From Verrucomicrobiales bacterium (lineage in GTDB: Bacteria > Verrucomicrobiota > Verrucomicrobiia > Methylacidiphilales > JAAUTS01), in contig JAISBF010000031.1 in NCBI GenBank assembly GCA_031266335.1, positions 12,507 to 76,506 on the forward strand: 64,000 bases of DNA, given 5' to 3'. Below are positions 56,381 to 64,000 of this stretch, piece by piece. Positions within the stretch are counted from its first letter, which is position 1. Every line of letters begins with the position of its first letter. Under the pieces are notes generated by a model. That model did no database searches and was not told the DNA's origin. It saw nothing but the letters and a program-made list of their open reading frames with translations. The translations under genes and the position numbers were made by a program.

Positions 56381-57157
56381 TCAATGATCGGCCGGTTGAA
56401 AGAATTGTTGTTCCGTCGGAATGGCCAGGGTGATTTCCAGTTTTTGAATATGTTCCTTGACCACATCCCAGCGATGCTGATCAACGCCGTGTTCCTTGAA
56501 ACTCTGCCACAAGTGTCGCCAGTATTCGTAAGCTTCCCGGTCTTGCTCTGCTTTCTCCAGCATAAAACCGACAAATCTTTCCAGATATAACGGCGCCTTC
56601 GGCCGCTGCAATGCTTCTTTATAACATTCCGCGGCTTGCTCGTAATTGCCCAACCGTCGCCAATACAAGTCGCCCAGGCGCTGGTATAAAATCGGCTTTT
56701 CGGGAATCACCCGGATGCCGCGCTCCAGCAAATCCTTGCCCGCCTCAATCCACATTCTGGCATCATGCTTGCGCCGGTCGAGGCCTCCCTTGACCGGGCC
56801 GTGCTCGACCGCCACGCTCGCGTTCCACGCCAGATTCCACGCCCCCATGTCCCAAAAAAACGCCACCCGCGGCTGCAACAGCACGCACATTTCCGCCAAC
56901 GCCGCCACCCGCTCCCATTCCTGTTCCTGCCAAGCGCCGGTCAGCGAAAGCCACAGCGAATCCGCCGCCAGGCCGCGAAACCCGCCCAACGCCGCCATGG
57001 TGAAGCCCTGTCCCAGACTGTCACGCAATTGGTAACTCATCGGCAAGTCCTGCCCCACCATCACCACTTTGCGCTCGGCGGCCAGCCGGTTTTCCCAACC
57101 GACTTTTCCCGCGCCCCAGATGACGATCAGCGCCAATGCCAGCAACCGGAGTTTCAT
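56381..57157 (-). CDS. hypothetical membrane-anchored TPR-like protein
   Basis: N-terminal TM segment MKLRLLALALIVIWGA and a helical C-terminal half (LGNYEQAAECYKEAL). It overlaps its neighbours by 4 nt. Confidence 0.45.
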   Translation of the reverse strand: MKLRLLALALIVIWGAGKVGWENRLAAERKVVMVGQDLPMSYQLRDSLGQGFTMAALGGFRGLAADSLWLSLTGAWQEQEWERVAALAEMCVLLQPRVAFFWDMGAWNLAWNASVAVEHGPVKGGLDRRKHDARMWIEAGKDLLERGIRVIPEKPILYQRLGDLYWRRLGNYEQAAECYKEALQRPKAPLYLERFVGFMLEKAEQDREAYEYWRHLWQSFKEHGVDQHRWDVVKEHIQKLEITLAIPTEQQFFQPADH

Positions 57158-58035
57158 AATTCGCGGCTTTCAAATAACAGCGAGGAAACTCCCAGCGCGA
57201 TGACCGTGTATCCCCCCGTATAAAGCAGGATGTGCCGCGTGTTGAGCCACAGCACCCGGTTGCCGCCGATAATTTCATCAATCAGGTTGAACGTCTGGAA
57301 ATCCGGGATGAGCAGCGAAATCGCCGCCAAAAAAACGGTGGTGAGCCAGCTGGCGCCACTCTCCGGCGCCAGCCAAAAATCCCGCGCCACCGACTGCAAG
57401 TGGCCGATCAAATACACAAACAGGGTGCAACTGACAATGAACACGGTGGAGGATGCCAGCGTGGAGAAAAACACGCTGATCACCGTCACCAGGCACAACT
57501 TCGCCCACACCAGCGTCAGCGCCTGCCACATCGCCGGATCATACGCGCCGGCGCGAAACTCATTGATCTGCTGCAACTGGAGTTCGGTCGGCCGCCCCTG
57601 GCTGGTCGCCATGATGTCGTTGGTCAGCGAACTCTCGTGGCTCCACATCACCAGCATGAAAATCCCCGCCATCAACGCCATGAACAAGGTCAGCAGCAGC
57701 GTCAGCCCCAGATACTTACCGACGATGAATTCAAACTTCCGCACCGGCTTGCTCAACAGCGTGTAAATCGTGCGCTTCTCCAACTCCGCCGGAATCAGCA
57801 TGGCCGCCCCTAACAAGGCAACCAGCAGACCAATCACGCTGATGGCGGCGTAGGCCAAATCCTTCATGAACTTGAACTCGTCGCCGTGAAAATCGAACTG
57901 CGTGTAAAAGCTCGACCCGCCCAGCATGATCAGGCAGAACACCGTCAGCACATACAACACTTTTTGCCGGATGGCCTCGGTAAAGGTGTTGCCGGCGATG
58001 GCCAAAATATGACACAAACTGTTTTTCATGATCAC
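57154..58035 (-). CDS. ABC-2-type transporter permease
   Basis: Six or seven hydrophobic helices. It overlaps the upstream ATPase gene by 4 nt. Confidence 0.65.
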   Translation of the reverse strand: MIMKNSLCHILAIAGNTFTEAIRQKVLYVLTVFCLIMLGGSSFYTQFDFHGDEFKFMKDLAYAAISVIGLLVALLGAAMLIPAELEKRTIYTLLSKPVRKFEFIVGKYLGLTLLLTLFMALMAGIFMLVMWSHESSLTNDIMATSQGRPTELQLQQINEFRAGAYDPAMWQALTLVWAKLCLVTVISVFFSTLASSTVFIVSCTLFVYLIGHLQSVARDFWLAPESGASWLTTVFLAAISLLIPDFQTFNLIDEIIGGNRVLWLNTRHILLYTGGYTVIALGVSSLLFESREL

Positions 58036-58880
58036 TTGCTCACTGCGCGAATAAAATAATCCTCAAGCTGCTGCTTCGGCTGCGTCACCGCGATCAGCTC
58101 CGCGCCCGCGTTTTGCAACCAGGCCACCAGCTGCTCCTGCAACTCCGGCGTCAGGCCGCTGACGGTGACTTGACGCTGTCCTTGCACCGATAGTAACTCG
58201 TCCAGCGTCCCCTCCTGGATTTTTTTGCCGCGATGAAGAATAATCACCCGGTCGGCGACTTCCTGCACCTGCTCCAGCAAATGCGAGGAAAAAATAATCG
58301 TCTTGCCGCGCTTTTTCAGCGCCAGAATCAAGTCGCGAATCTGCCGCGAGCCGACCGGATCGACGCCCGCCGTCGGCTCGTCCAGCAACAGCAAATCCGG
58401 GTCGTGCAACAGCGCCTGCGCCAGCCCGACGCGCTGCAACATGCCCTTGGAATAAGTTTTCAACGCCCGGCCCGCCGCCGGTTGCAGGCTCACCAACTCA
58501 AGCAATTCCTCCACCCGCGCGCGCAAGCGCTGGCCGTGCAAATCCACCAGCTTGCCGTAGTAATTCAACACCTCGCGTCCCGATAAAAAACCGGGAAAAT
58601 ACGGATTTTCCGGCAGAAACCCGAGCCGCCGTCGCGAGGCCAGCGAGCCGGCCTCCTGGCCAAACACCCGCGCCTGCCCCGTCGTCGGCCTGATCAAGCC
58701 GAGCAACAACTTCAGCGTCGTGCTTTTGCCGGAACCGTTGGGGCCGAGCAAACCGAACACCTCGCCCCGCCGGACTCGCAGGTCCAGGCCATCCAGCGCC
58801 AGTAATCGTTTGCGCGTCCATTCCAACGTGAAAGTCTTGGTCAGGTTCGCGGCGCTGACGGCGAAGTCTGGTTCGTTCAT
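58032..58880 (-). CDS. ABC transporter ATP-binding protein
   Basis: Walker A GPNGSGKST, signature YSKGMLQRVGLA, Walker B LLLLDEPTAGVD. Confidence 0.9.
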   Translation of the reverse strand: MNEPDFAVSAANLTKTFTLEWTRKRLLALDGLDLRVRRGEVFGLLGPNGSGKSTTLKLLLGLIRPTTGQARVFGQEAGSLASRRRLGFLPENPYFPGFLSGREVLNYYGKLVDLHGQRLRARVEELLELVSLQPAAGRALKTYSKGMLQRVGLAQALLHDPDLLLLDEPTAGVDPVGSRQIRDLILALKKRGKTIIFSSHLLEQVQEVADRVIILHRGKKIQEGTLDELLSVQGQRQVTVSGLTPELQEQLVAWLQNAGAELIAVTQPKQQLEDYFIRAVSK

Positions 58881-59149
58881 GGCAGAATATTGAATCCTCT
58901 CAATTGCGCATCAACCGCCGCGTCACTGCTCTCGACCGACTTGATATGCCCGTTCAAGTGACTGCGCGCAACATCATCCGCCATCGCCGCCACCTCATCG
59001 TCAGCGCCCTGCAGGAACAACTCCACCCGCCCGTCCGGCAGATTGCGGACATAACCGGTCACGTCGAACCCCGCCGCGATTTGGCGCACGGAATAACGAA
59101 ACCCGACGCCCTGCACGCTGCCGGTGTAGAAAAATTTCCGCGCCTTCAT
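58877..59149 (-). CDS. acyP: acylphosphatase
   Basis: 90 aa with GSVQGVGFRYSVRQIA...GYVRNLPDGRVE. Confidence 0.85.
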   Translation of the reverse strand: MKARKFFYTGSVQGVGFRYSVRQIAAGFDVTGYVRNLPDGRVELFLQGADDEVAAMADDVARSHLNGHIKSVESSDAAVDAQLRGFNILP

Positions 59150-59394
59150 GGCGACAGATCATAAAAGCGCGCTACACTGCTGGCAACATGAAACCCGCCC
59201 GCCGAAAAGTTGTCCGACCGAAAAAAAACGCCGCTGACCGTGACCGTGCTCCCACCAGGCGCGCCGTCCGCGCCGAGTTGTACCGGCCGGAAAACCTCGA
59301 AAAAGCCCGCCGTCTTGACCGCGGCCCGATTGTATAAAGCGCCGCTGACGATGTCCCGAAATCAATCCGGCTGGTTTTCCGCCGGCGCTGGCCG

Positions 59395-59429
59395 CAAAAA
59401 ATAAAAACGCCCGGCCGGACGGTCGGGCG
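59395..59429 (-). terminator. rho-independent terminator downstream of rplS
   Basis: The stem cgcccggcc/ggtcgggcg lies at 59408-59429. On the minus strand it is followed by GTTTTTATTTTTT. It sits about 25 nt after the rplS stop. Confidence 0.75.
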
Positions 59430-59453
59430 CTGATATTGAAGGCAAACCGTGAA

Positions 59454-59828
59454 TTATTTCGCGGCGGCTTTGGCAGCTTTAGCGGCCTTGCGGTCCACGG
59501 ATTTGACTTCCATGGTGCCCTTCTTCTTGCGGAGATAGCCGAGGCTGGCGCGCCGGACTTTGCCCTGGATTTCGACCACGACCTTTTCAATGAAAGGCGA
59601 GTGAATCGGGAACACGCGCTCGACTCCCTCGCCGTAGCTGATGCGGCGGACGGTGAAAGTGGCGTTGATGCCGCTGCCTTTCTTACCGATGACGATGCCG
59701 GCATAGTTCTGGATGCGTTCTTTTTCGCCTTCCTTGACGCGGGTGGAAACCTTCACGGTATCGCCGACGCTGAAGCTCGGTATTTCCTTCTTGAGTTGTG
59801 CGCTCTCGATTTTTTCTATCGCTTTCAT
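59454..59828 (-). CDS. rplS: 50S ribosomal protein L19
   Basis: FSVGDTVKVSTRVKEGEKERIQNYAGIVIGKKGSGINATFTVRRISYGEGVERVFPIHSP. Confidence 0.95.
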   Translation of the reverse strand: MKAIEKIESAQLKKEIPSFSVGDTVKVSTRVKEGEKERIQNYAGIVIGKKGSGINATFTVRRISYGEGVERVFPIHSPFIEKVVVEIQGKVRRASLGYLRKKKGTMEVKSVDRKAAKAAKAAAK

Positions 59829-59839
59829 ATCATTTGTTT

Positions 59840-60580
59840 TTATTGCTGGTCGTTTGCCGCCGCGTTTAACGGCGACTTTACGCTACCAATGTTCTTGCTT
59901 TTTTCCAGCAGGTCCTTCCGACGTTCCGACGTCCTCCGGGCTGCCTGTTCTTTTCTCCATGCGCTAATGGCGGCATGGTGGCCTGTTAATAAAATCTCCG
60001 GCACTTTTCTGCCGCGAAACTCTTCCGGGCGCGTGTATTGCGGGCCTTCCAGCAAGGCGTCGGCGCCGAACGAATCCATTTGCGCCGAGGCCTCGTTGCC
60101 CAGCACACCGGGCAACAGCCGCACCACGGCGTCAATGACGATCAGCGCCGCGATGGTGCCGTTGCTGAGGACATAGTCGCCAATGGACAATTCCTCGTCA
60201 ATCCAGCCCTCGCGCACGCGCTCATCCACGCCCTCGTAATGTCCGCTGACAAAGATCAATCGCTCCAGCCTGCTGTATGCCAGCGCCTTCGCCTGGTCGA
60301 ATTTCACGCCTTCCGGCGTCAGGTACACGACCCTGCCCCTGACCGCTTCCCGCGTTTGCACGCTCTCGATGCATTCGACGAGCGGCTCGCATTTCATCAC
60401 CATCCCGGGACCGCCGCCAAACGGGCGGTCATCCACCGTGCGATGTTTCGCGCGCGCGTAGTCCCGAATGTCATGGACATCAATTCGCACCTGCCCGCCG
60501 CGCTGCGCCCGACTCACGATGCTGGCCTGCAACGGCCCCGCCAGCATTTCGGGAAACAACGTCAGGACGTCAATTTTCAC
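59840..60580 (-). CDS. trmD: tRNA (guanine37-N1)-methyltransferase
   Basis: [12 protein letters not shown]...[14 protein letters not shown]...[10 protein letters not shown]...[10 protein letters not shown]. Confidence 0.95.
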   Translation of the reverse strand: MKIDVLTLFPEMLAGPLQASIVSRAQRGGQVRIDVHDIRDYARAKHRTVDDRPFGGGPGMVMKCEPLVECIESVQTREAVRGRVVYLTPEGVKFDQAKALAYSRLERLIFVSGHYEGVDERVREGWIDEELSIGDYVLSNGTIAALIVIDAVVRLLPGVLGNEASAQMDSFGADALLEGPQYTRPEEFRGRKVPEILLTGHHAAISAWRKEQAARRTSERRKDLLEKSKNIGSVKSPLNAAANDQQ

Positions 60581-60592
60581 GTCCCGGCCCCC

Positions 60593-60829
60593 TTAGTTGG
60601 TTTCCACGAGCTCAATCTGCACTTGCTTGCCACCCTTGGCGGCGACGGCATTGCACAGGTTGCGAATCGCGAAAATCGTGCGGCCTTTTTTGCCGATTAC
60701 CCTGCCGATGTCGAGCGAATTTAAACGCACCAGACAGTCAATGCCATCCGGCCGTTCCGTCATTTCGACCTCCACTTCCCCCGCGCGTTGCACCAATGCG
60801 GAAACCACAAATTCCACAAAGTATTTCAT
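60593..60829 (-). CDS. KH-domain RNA-binding protein (UPF0109/YlqC-like)
   Basis: 78 aa with the GRVIGKKGRTIFAIR GxxG loop, in the conserved position between rpsP and trmD. Confidence 0.85.
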   Translation of the reverse strand: MKYFVEFVVSALVQRAGEVEVEMTERPDGIDCLVRLNSLDIGRVIGKKGRTIFAIRNLCNAVAAKGGKQVQIELVETN

Positions 60830-60859
60830 ACGCGGTAAAGTTCACTGTCAGCGCCGGTC

Positions 60860-61114
60860 TCAGGCCTTGGCGGCCTTGGCTTGCGCCTTTTTCACCAAGT
60901 GCCTGACCGTGTCGCTGGCCTTGGCGCCCTGGGCGAGCCAATGTTCGACGCGCTCCAGTTTGAGTTGTTTTTCCTGGTTCTTGCCGATCGGATCGTAGGA
61001 ACCCACAATCTCGATGAACTTGCCGTCACGGGGCGCGCGCTTGTCCGCCACCACCACGTTGTAAAACGGCCTGTTTTTCGCGCCCTCACGGCGCAGACGA
61101 ATCACTACTGCCAT
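60860..61114 (-). CDS. rpsP: 30S ribosomal protein S16
   Basis: MAVVIRLRREGAKNRPFYNVVVADKRAPRDGKFIEIVGSYDP. Confidence 0.95.
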   Translation of the reverse strand: MAVVIRLRREGAKNRPFYNVVVADKRAPRDGKFIEIVGSYDPIGKNQEKQLKLERVEHWLAQGAKASDTVRHLVKKAQAKAAKA

Positions 61115-61135
61115 ATATAATCACCTGTTCTTTCG

Positions 61136-62473
61136 CTACCTGCCCGCCGACCCTATGCCGCCGAACAGTCGCTTTAGTTTATTCTCCCGATTGCCGCCCT
61201 TGAACAGCTTGCCCAGCATTTTCTGCATGGCACGGAAGCGATGCAACAGTTCGTTGACTTCCGTCACGCTGGTGCCGCTGCCCGTGGCGATTCTTTGGCG
61301 ACGTTTCGCATTCAAAACCTCGGGGCGTCGCCGTTCCTGAAAAGTCATGGCACTGACAATCGCCTCCGTTCGCTTTAACACTTTATCGTCCAGAGAGAAA
61401 TTTTGCATACTACCCATGCCGGGCAACATGCCAAGCAGATTTTGCAGCGGCCCCAATTTTTTTAACTGCCTCATCTGATCCATGAAATCCTGCAAGTCAA
61501 ATTCCGCGTTGCGCAATTTGGCTTCCATTTTGGCGGCGTCCTCCAAATCGATCTGCTCCGCGACCTTCTCCGCCAGCCCGTACAAATCGCCCATGCCCAG
61601 CAGCCGCTGGATGAGACGGTCAGCGTGGAACGCCTCAAACTGCTCCGCGCGCTCGCCGGTGCCGATGAACTTGATGGGCACCCCGGTCACCGCCTGCAAC
61701 GAAAACGCCGCGCCGCCCTTCGCGTCGCCGTCGAACTTTGACAGCACGATCCCCGTCAGCGGCACCGCCGCGTGAAACGCCCGCGCCACCTCCGCCGCGC
61801 TCTGGCCCAGCGCCGCGTCCGCCACCAACAGCGACTCGTCAGGGGTGATTTGCGTCGCGGCATTTTTTAGCTCGGCCAACAACTCCGCGTTGATTTCCGT
61901 GCGCCCCGCCAAGTCGAAAATGGTCACATCGAACCGGCCATTGGCAGCGTGCGCCAGCGCCGCCTGCAAGTGTGTTGGCAAATTCATCCCCGGCGCCGGC
62001 GCGAAAACCTCAAGTTCATGCTGCCGCCCCAAAGTTTGCAACTGTTGCACCGCCGCCGGACGACTCAAATCCGCCGCCACCAGCAAGACTTTTTCCCGCT
62101 GTTTCTTCAACATCAGCGCCAGCTTGCCCGCCGTGGTGGTCTTGCCCGCGCCGTTCAAACCGCACAGCGCCACCGTCAGCGGCCGCCGCGCTGACAGTGC
62201 GCCGTCGCCCGCCTGGAAAATCGCCAGCAACTCATCGTGCACCACCTTGACGAACATATCGCCGGGCCGGATGGATTTGCTGAATTCCTCGCCCAGCGCC
62301 TTGGCCTTGACCCGCTCGCAAAAATCCCTGGTAACCCGATAATTGACATCCGCCGCCAGCAGCGCCAGCCGCACCTCGCGCAACGCCTCCGCCACATTGC
62401 TTTCCGTCAGCCTGCCGTAACCGCGCAGCTTGGAAAACACGCCTTGAAATTTATCTGCCAATTGCTCCAGCAT
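61136..62473 (-). CDS. ffh: signal recognition particle protein Ffh (SRP54)
   Basis: GLNGAGKTTTAGKLA, DLAGR and TKFDGDAKGG-like blocks, plus a Met-rich M domain. Confidence 0.95.
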   Translation of the reverse strand: MLEQLADKFQGVFSKLRGYGRLTESNVAEALREVRLALLAADVNYRVTRDFCERVKAKALGEEFSKSIRPGDMFVKVVHDELLAIFQAGDGALSARRPLTVALCGLNGAGKTTTAGKLALMLKKQREKVLLVAADLSRPAAVQQLQTLGRQHELEVFAPAPGMNLPTHLQAALAHAANGRFDVTIFDLAGRTEINAELLAELKNAATQITPDESLLVADAALGQSAAEVARAFHAAVPLTGIVLSKFDGDAKGGAAFSLQAVTGVPIKFIGTGERAEQFEAFHADRLIQRLLGMGDLYGLAEKVAEQIDLEDAAKMEAKLRNAEFDLQDFMDQMRQLKKLGPLQNLLGMLPGMGSMQNFSLDDKVLKRTEAIVSAMTFQERRRPEVLNAKRRQRIATGSGTSVTEVNELLHRFRAMQKMLGKLFKGGNRENKLKRLFGGIGSAGR

Positions 62474-62555
62474 GGGAAAAATAATCTAGGGACGAACCAG
62501 CCCCGGCGCAAAGCAAAACTCCACCCGCTGACCGTGCCCGTCGAATTGGTTACCG

Positions 62556-63368
62556 TCAGCGCCCGCGACCGCCGCCCCAGCCGCCGCCGCGTCCGCCCGG
62601 GCCGCCCGGACCACCGCCACCACCGGGACGGATTTCGGCGTCAATGCCCCGCGATTCCTGCTCCACGGCCTTCATGTAGTCGGGATAAGTTTTCCACCAT
62701 TCGCGGCGTTCCTGCAAATAATCAAACAACGGCAGGTTGGTGTTCAGCCGGCTGAGCAGGGTTTCCCGCTCGGTCAGCATGGCCTGGATTTTCTCGCCGT
62801 CAGCGCGCTTGGCGATGGCGGCCAGCACGTCGGTTTTCATCATCTGGTACAATGCGGAATCCAGCGGCACCAGGCTTTCCTCGCGGCCATACCAAAACTC
62901 GCTGGCCTGAATCGCCGCGTATGCCTTGTCAAAATATTCCAGGATGCCTTCGGGCGTCTGGTTGTCGGCGGAACGCTGTTTGCGAAACACTGCCGGTGAC
63001 CGGCGCGACAGGGATTGTTTCATGAGAAACAGGTATTCCTCGGGCTTGATGCCGTACAGCCGGTTGGCGGTCTCGCCAAGGATGGGATTGACATAGGCGT
63101 CAATTTCCAGGATGCGCTTGGTGGCTTTGTCGTTCTGTTCCTGGACTTTTTTGACCAGTTCATTGACATTATTGACGGCTTGCATGCCGAGCGTGAACTC
63201 GTCGTTGGCCTCCTGGTTTCGTGCCGTGCCGCTGACGGTGGTCGCGGCGGTACCGCTGGCGGTGGCGCTGCCAGTGGCAGTGGCGGCGGCCTTGCCGCGA
63301 TAATCCTGCCCGTGCGCCGGCGGCCAGGCCAGGGCCAGCAATCCCAGTATCAGCGTAATCGGTTTCAT
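62556..63368 (-). CDS. hypothetical secreted protein with a Gly/Arg-rich C-terminal tail
   Basis: Signal peptide MKPITLILGLLALAWPPAHG. The tail is RPGGGGGPGGPGGRGGGWGGGRGR. The stop TGA lies inside a CGCTGACGG copy of the abundant word. Confidence 0.5.
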   Translation of the reverse strand: MKPITLILGLLALAWPPAHGQDYRGKAAATATGSATASGTAATTVSGTARNQEANDEFTLGMQAVNNVNELVKKVQEQNDKATKRILEIDAYVNPILGETANRLYGIKPEEYLFLMKQSLSRRSPAVFRKQRSADNQTPEGILEYFDKAYAAIQASEFWYGREESLVPLDSALYQMMKTDVLAAIAKRADGEKIQAMLTERETLLSRLNTNLPLFDYLQERREWWKTYPDYMKAVEQESRGIDAEIRPGGGGGPGGPGGRGGGWGGGRGR

Positions 63369-63925
63369 TGGTATTTCCCCAGCGCGGTTTGGTAATATTG
63401 CAGATGTTCCTGAATCAGGCGGATGATGTCGGTCACCTGGGTGTCCGCCGTTTGATACAAACCCAGATACCGTTGCAATTCGCCAACCGAACGCCCGAAA
63501 TCGCCGCGCGACTTGGCAAACATATTGTCGGGATCGGTGTCCTGGATGGCCTTGCTCATTCGTTCCTCGCGCTCCTTGTCCGACAGGCTGTAACCGGCCT
63601 GCCGTTTTTGCTTTTCCTGCTGTTCCAGGAATTGTCGTCGTTTGCCCGCGCCGCCGCCGGAGCGGTAATAGCGCGAAATATCCTGCGCCTTGGCAATCAC
63701 CGTCAGCAGCAGTTGATGAGTGTCCTCATCGTGCATCCGGATGGATAGGTTTTTATCCAGCGCGGTCAGGTTTCGCGTGAACGCGCCGGTAATCTGGCTG
63801 AGGTCAATGTTGCTGGTGTTGCGAATCGGATCCAAGTCCTGCGCCCGCAAGGTCACGGTCAGCGCCAGTGTCGCGAGCGTCACGGTCAGCGTCAGTTTCA
63901 GTTTCAATGCCGTTTTTTTCATCAT
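63365..63925 (-). CDS. hypothetical secreted protein
   Basis: Signal peptide MMKKTALKLKLTLTVTLATLALTVTLRAQ. SD GGAGG lies 5-8 nt upstream. It overlaps the downstream gene by 4 nt. Confidence 0.5.
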   Translation of the reverse strand: MMKKTALKLKLTLTVTLATLALTVTLRAQDLDPIRNTSNIDLSQITGAFTRNLTALDKNLSIRMHDEDTHQLLLTVIAKAQDISRYYRSGGGAGKRRQFLEQQEKQKRQAGYSLSDKEREERMSKAIQDTDPDNMFAKSRGDFGRSVGELQRYLGLYQTADTQVTDIIRLIQEHLQYYQTALGKYQ

Positions 63926-63955
63926 TACCTCCCGCCTTTAATCTACCGCATTTTA

Positions 63956-64000
63956 TCACCGCGTTGTTTTGAAATTCTGGTCCGCCGCGCGCTCGAACGC
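63956..64000 (-). CDS. 3' end of an unidentified minus-strand gene entering from the window edge
   Basis: An open frame reads ...AFERAADQNFKTTR then TGA (63958-63956). Only 14 codons are visible. Confidence 0.3.
   Translation of the reverse strand, partial: AFERAADQNFKTTR

Noticed and set aside
1-64000. A search by eye for rRNA, tRNA (T-loop GGTTCGAATCC-type), tmRNA, RNase P (GGAAAGTCCGG) and SRP RNA signatures.
   Set aside because: I found none of the diagnostic strings, so no RNA gene is claimed. A covariance-model scan would be needed to exclude small RNAs.

Overview
The window is a 64-kb chromosomal segment dominated by secreted carbohydrate-active enzymes. It is probably from a PVC-group, Verrucomicrobiota-like bacterium. 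That is an inference from a PEP-CTERM anchor, the glycosidase load, sigma70-like promoters and 8-nt-periodic palindromic repeats.

Layout:
(1) 1-5157 is low GC. It holds esterase-like secreted proteins, an O-antigen-ligase-like membrane protein with a C-terminal hydrolase-fold domain, and a MauE/DoxX plus rhodanese pair.
(2) 5158-5752 is an unexplained divergent intergenic region with a GC-rich structured stretch and a 32-bp-arm palindrome.
(3) 5753-8332 is a GH38 alpha-mannosidase.
(4) 8500-36943 is a roughly 28.5-kb run of nine minus-strand genes: three GH172/DUF2961 paralogs, five tandem 1323-1339 aa GH42-like paralogs, and one GH36-like gene.
(5) 37220-39649 is a nest of three insertion sequences: two IS5-family copies and an IS1016-like IS1595-family pseudogene.
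(6) 39712-52446 is a second glycan locus. It has two LamG-like proteins (one with PEP-CTERM), a CBM-bearing 1125 aa protein, an HpcH-type aldolase, a GH38-like protein, a YhcH-family protein, an MFS transporter and a GH130 mannosylglucose-phosphorylase-like enzyme.
(7) 52533-64000 is mostly housekeeping: GT9, SGNH hydrolase, ABC-2 exporter, acyP, rplS, trmD, KH protein, rpsP and ffh.

No rRNA, tRNA or CRISPR array was recognised, and no transcription factor is encoded in the window.

The most unusual signals are:
- a short word, CGCTGAC/GTCAGCG (extended GCCGCTGACNGTG), that is about 20-fold over-represented in unrelated genes and also forms inverted-pair terminators;
- the reticulate, gene-converted five-paralog array;
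- a shared TTGACATGA promoter-like box in front of all three glycan loci;
- a family of 8-nt-periodic palindromes.

All calls come from reading the sequence and from remembered family motifs. No database search was run.
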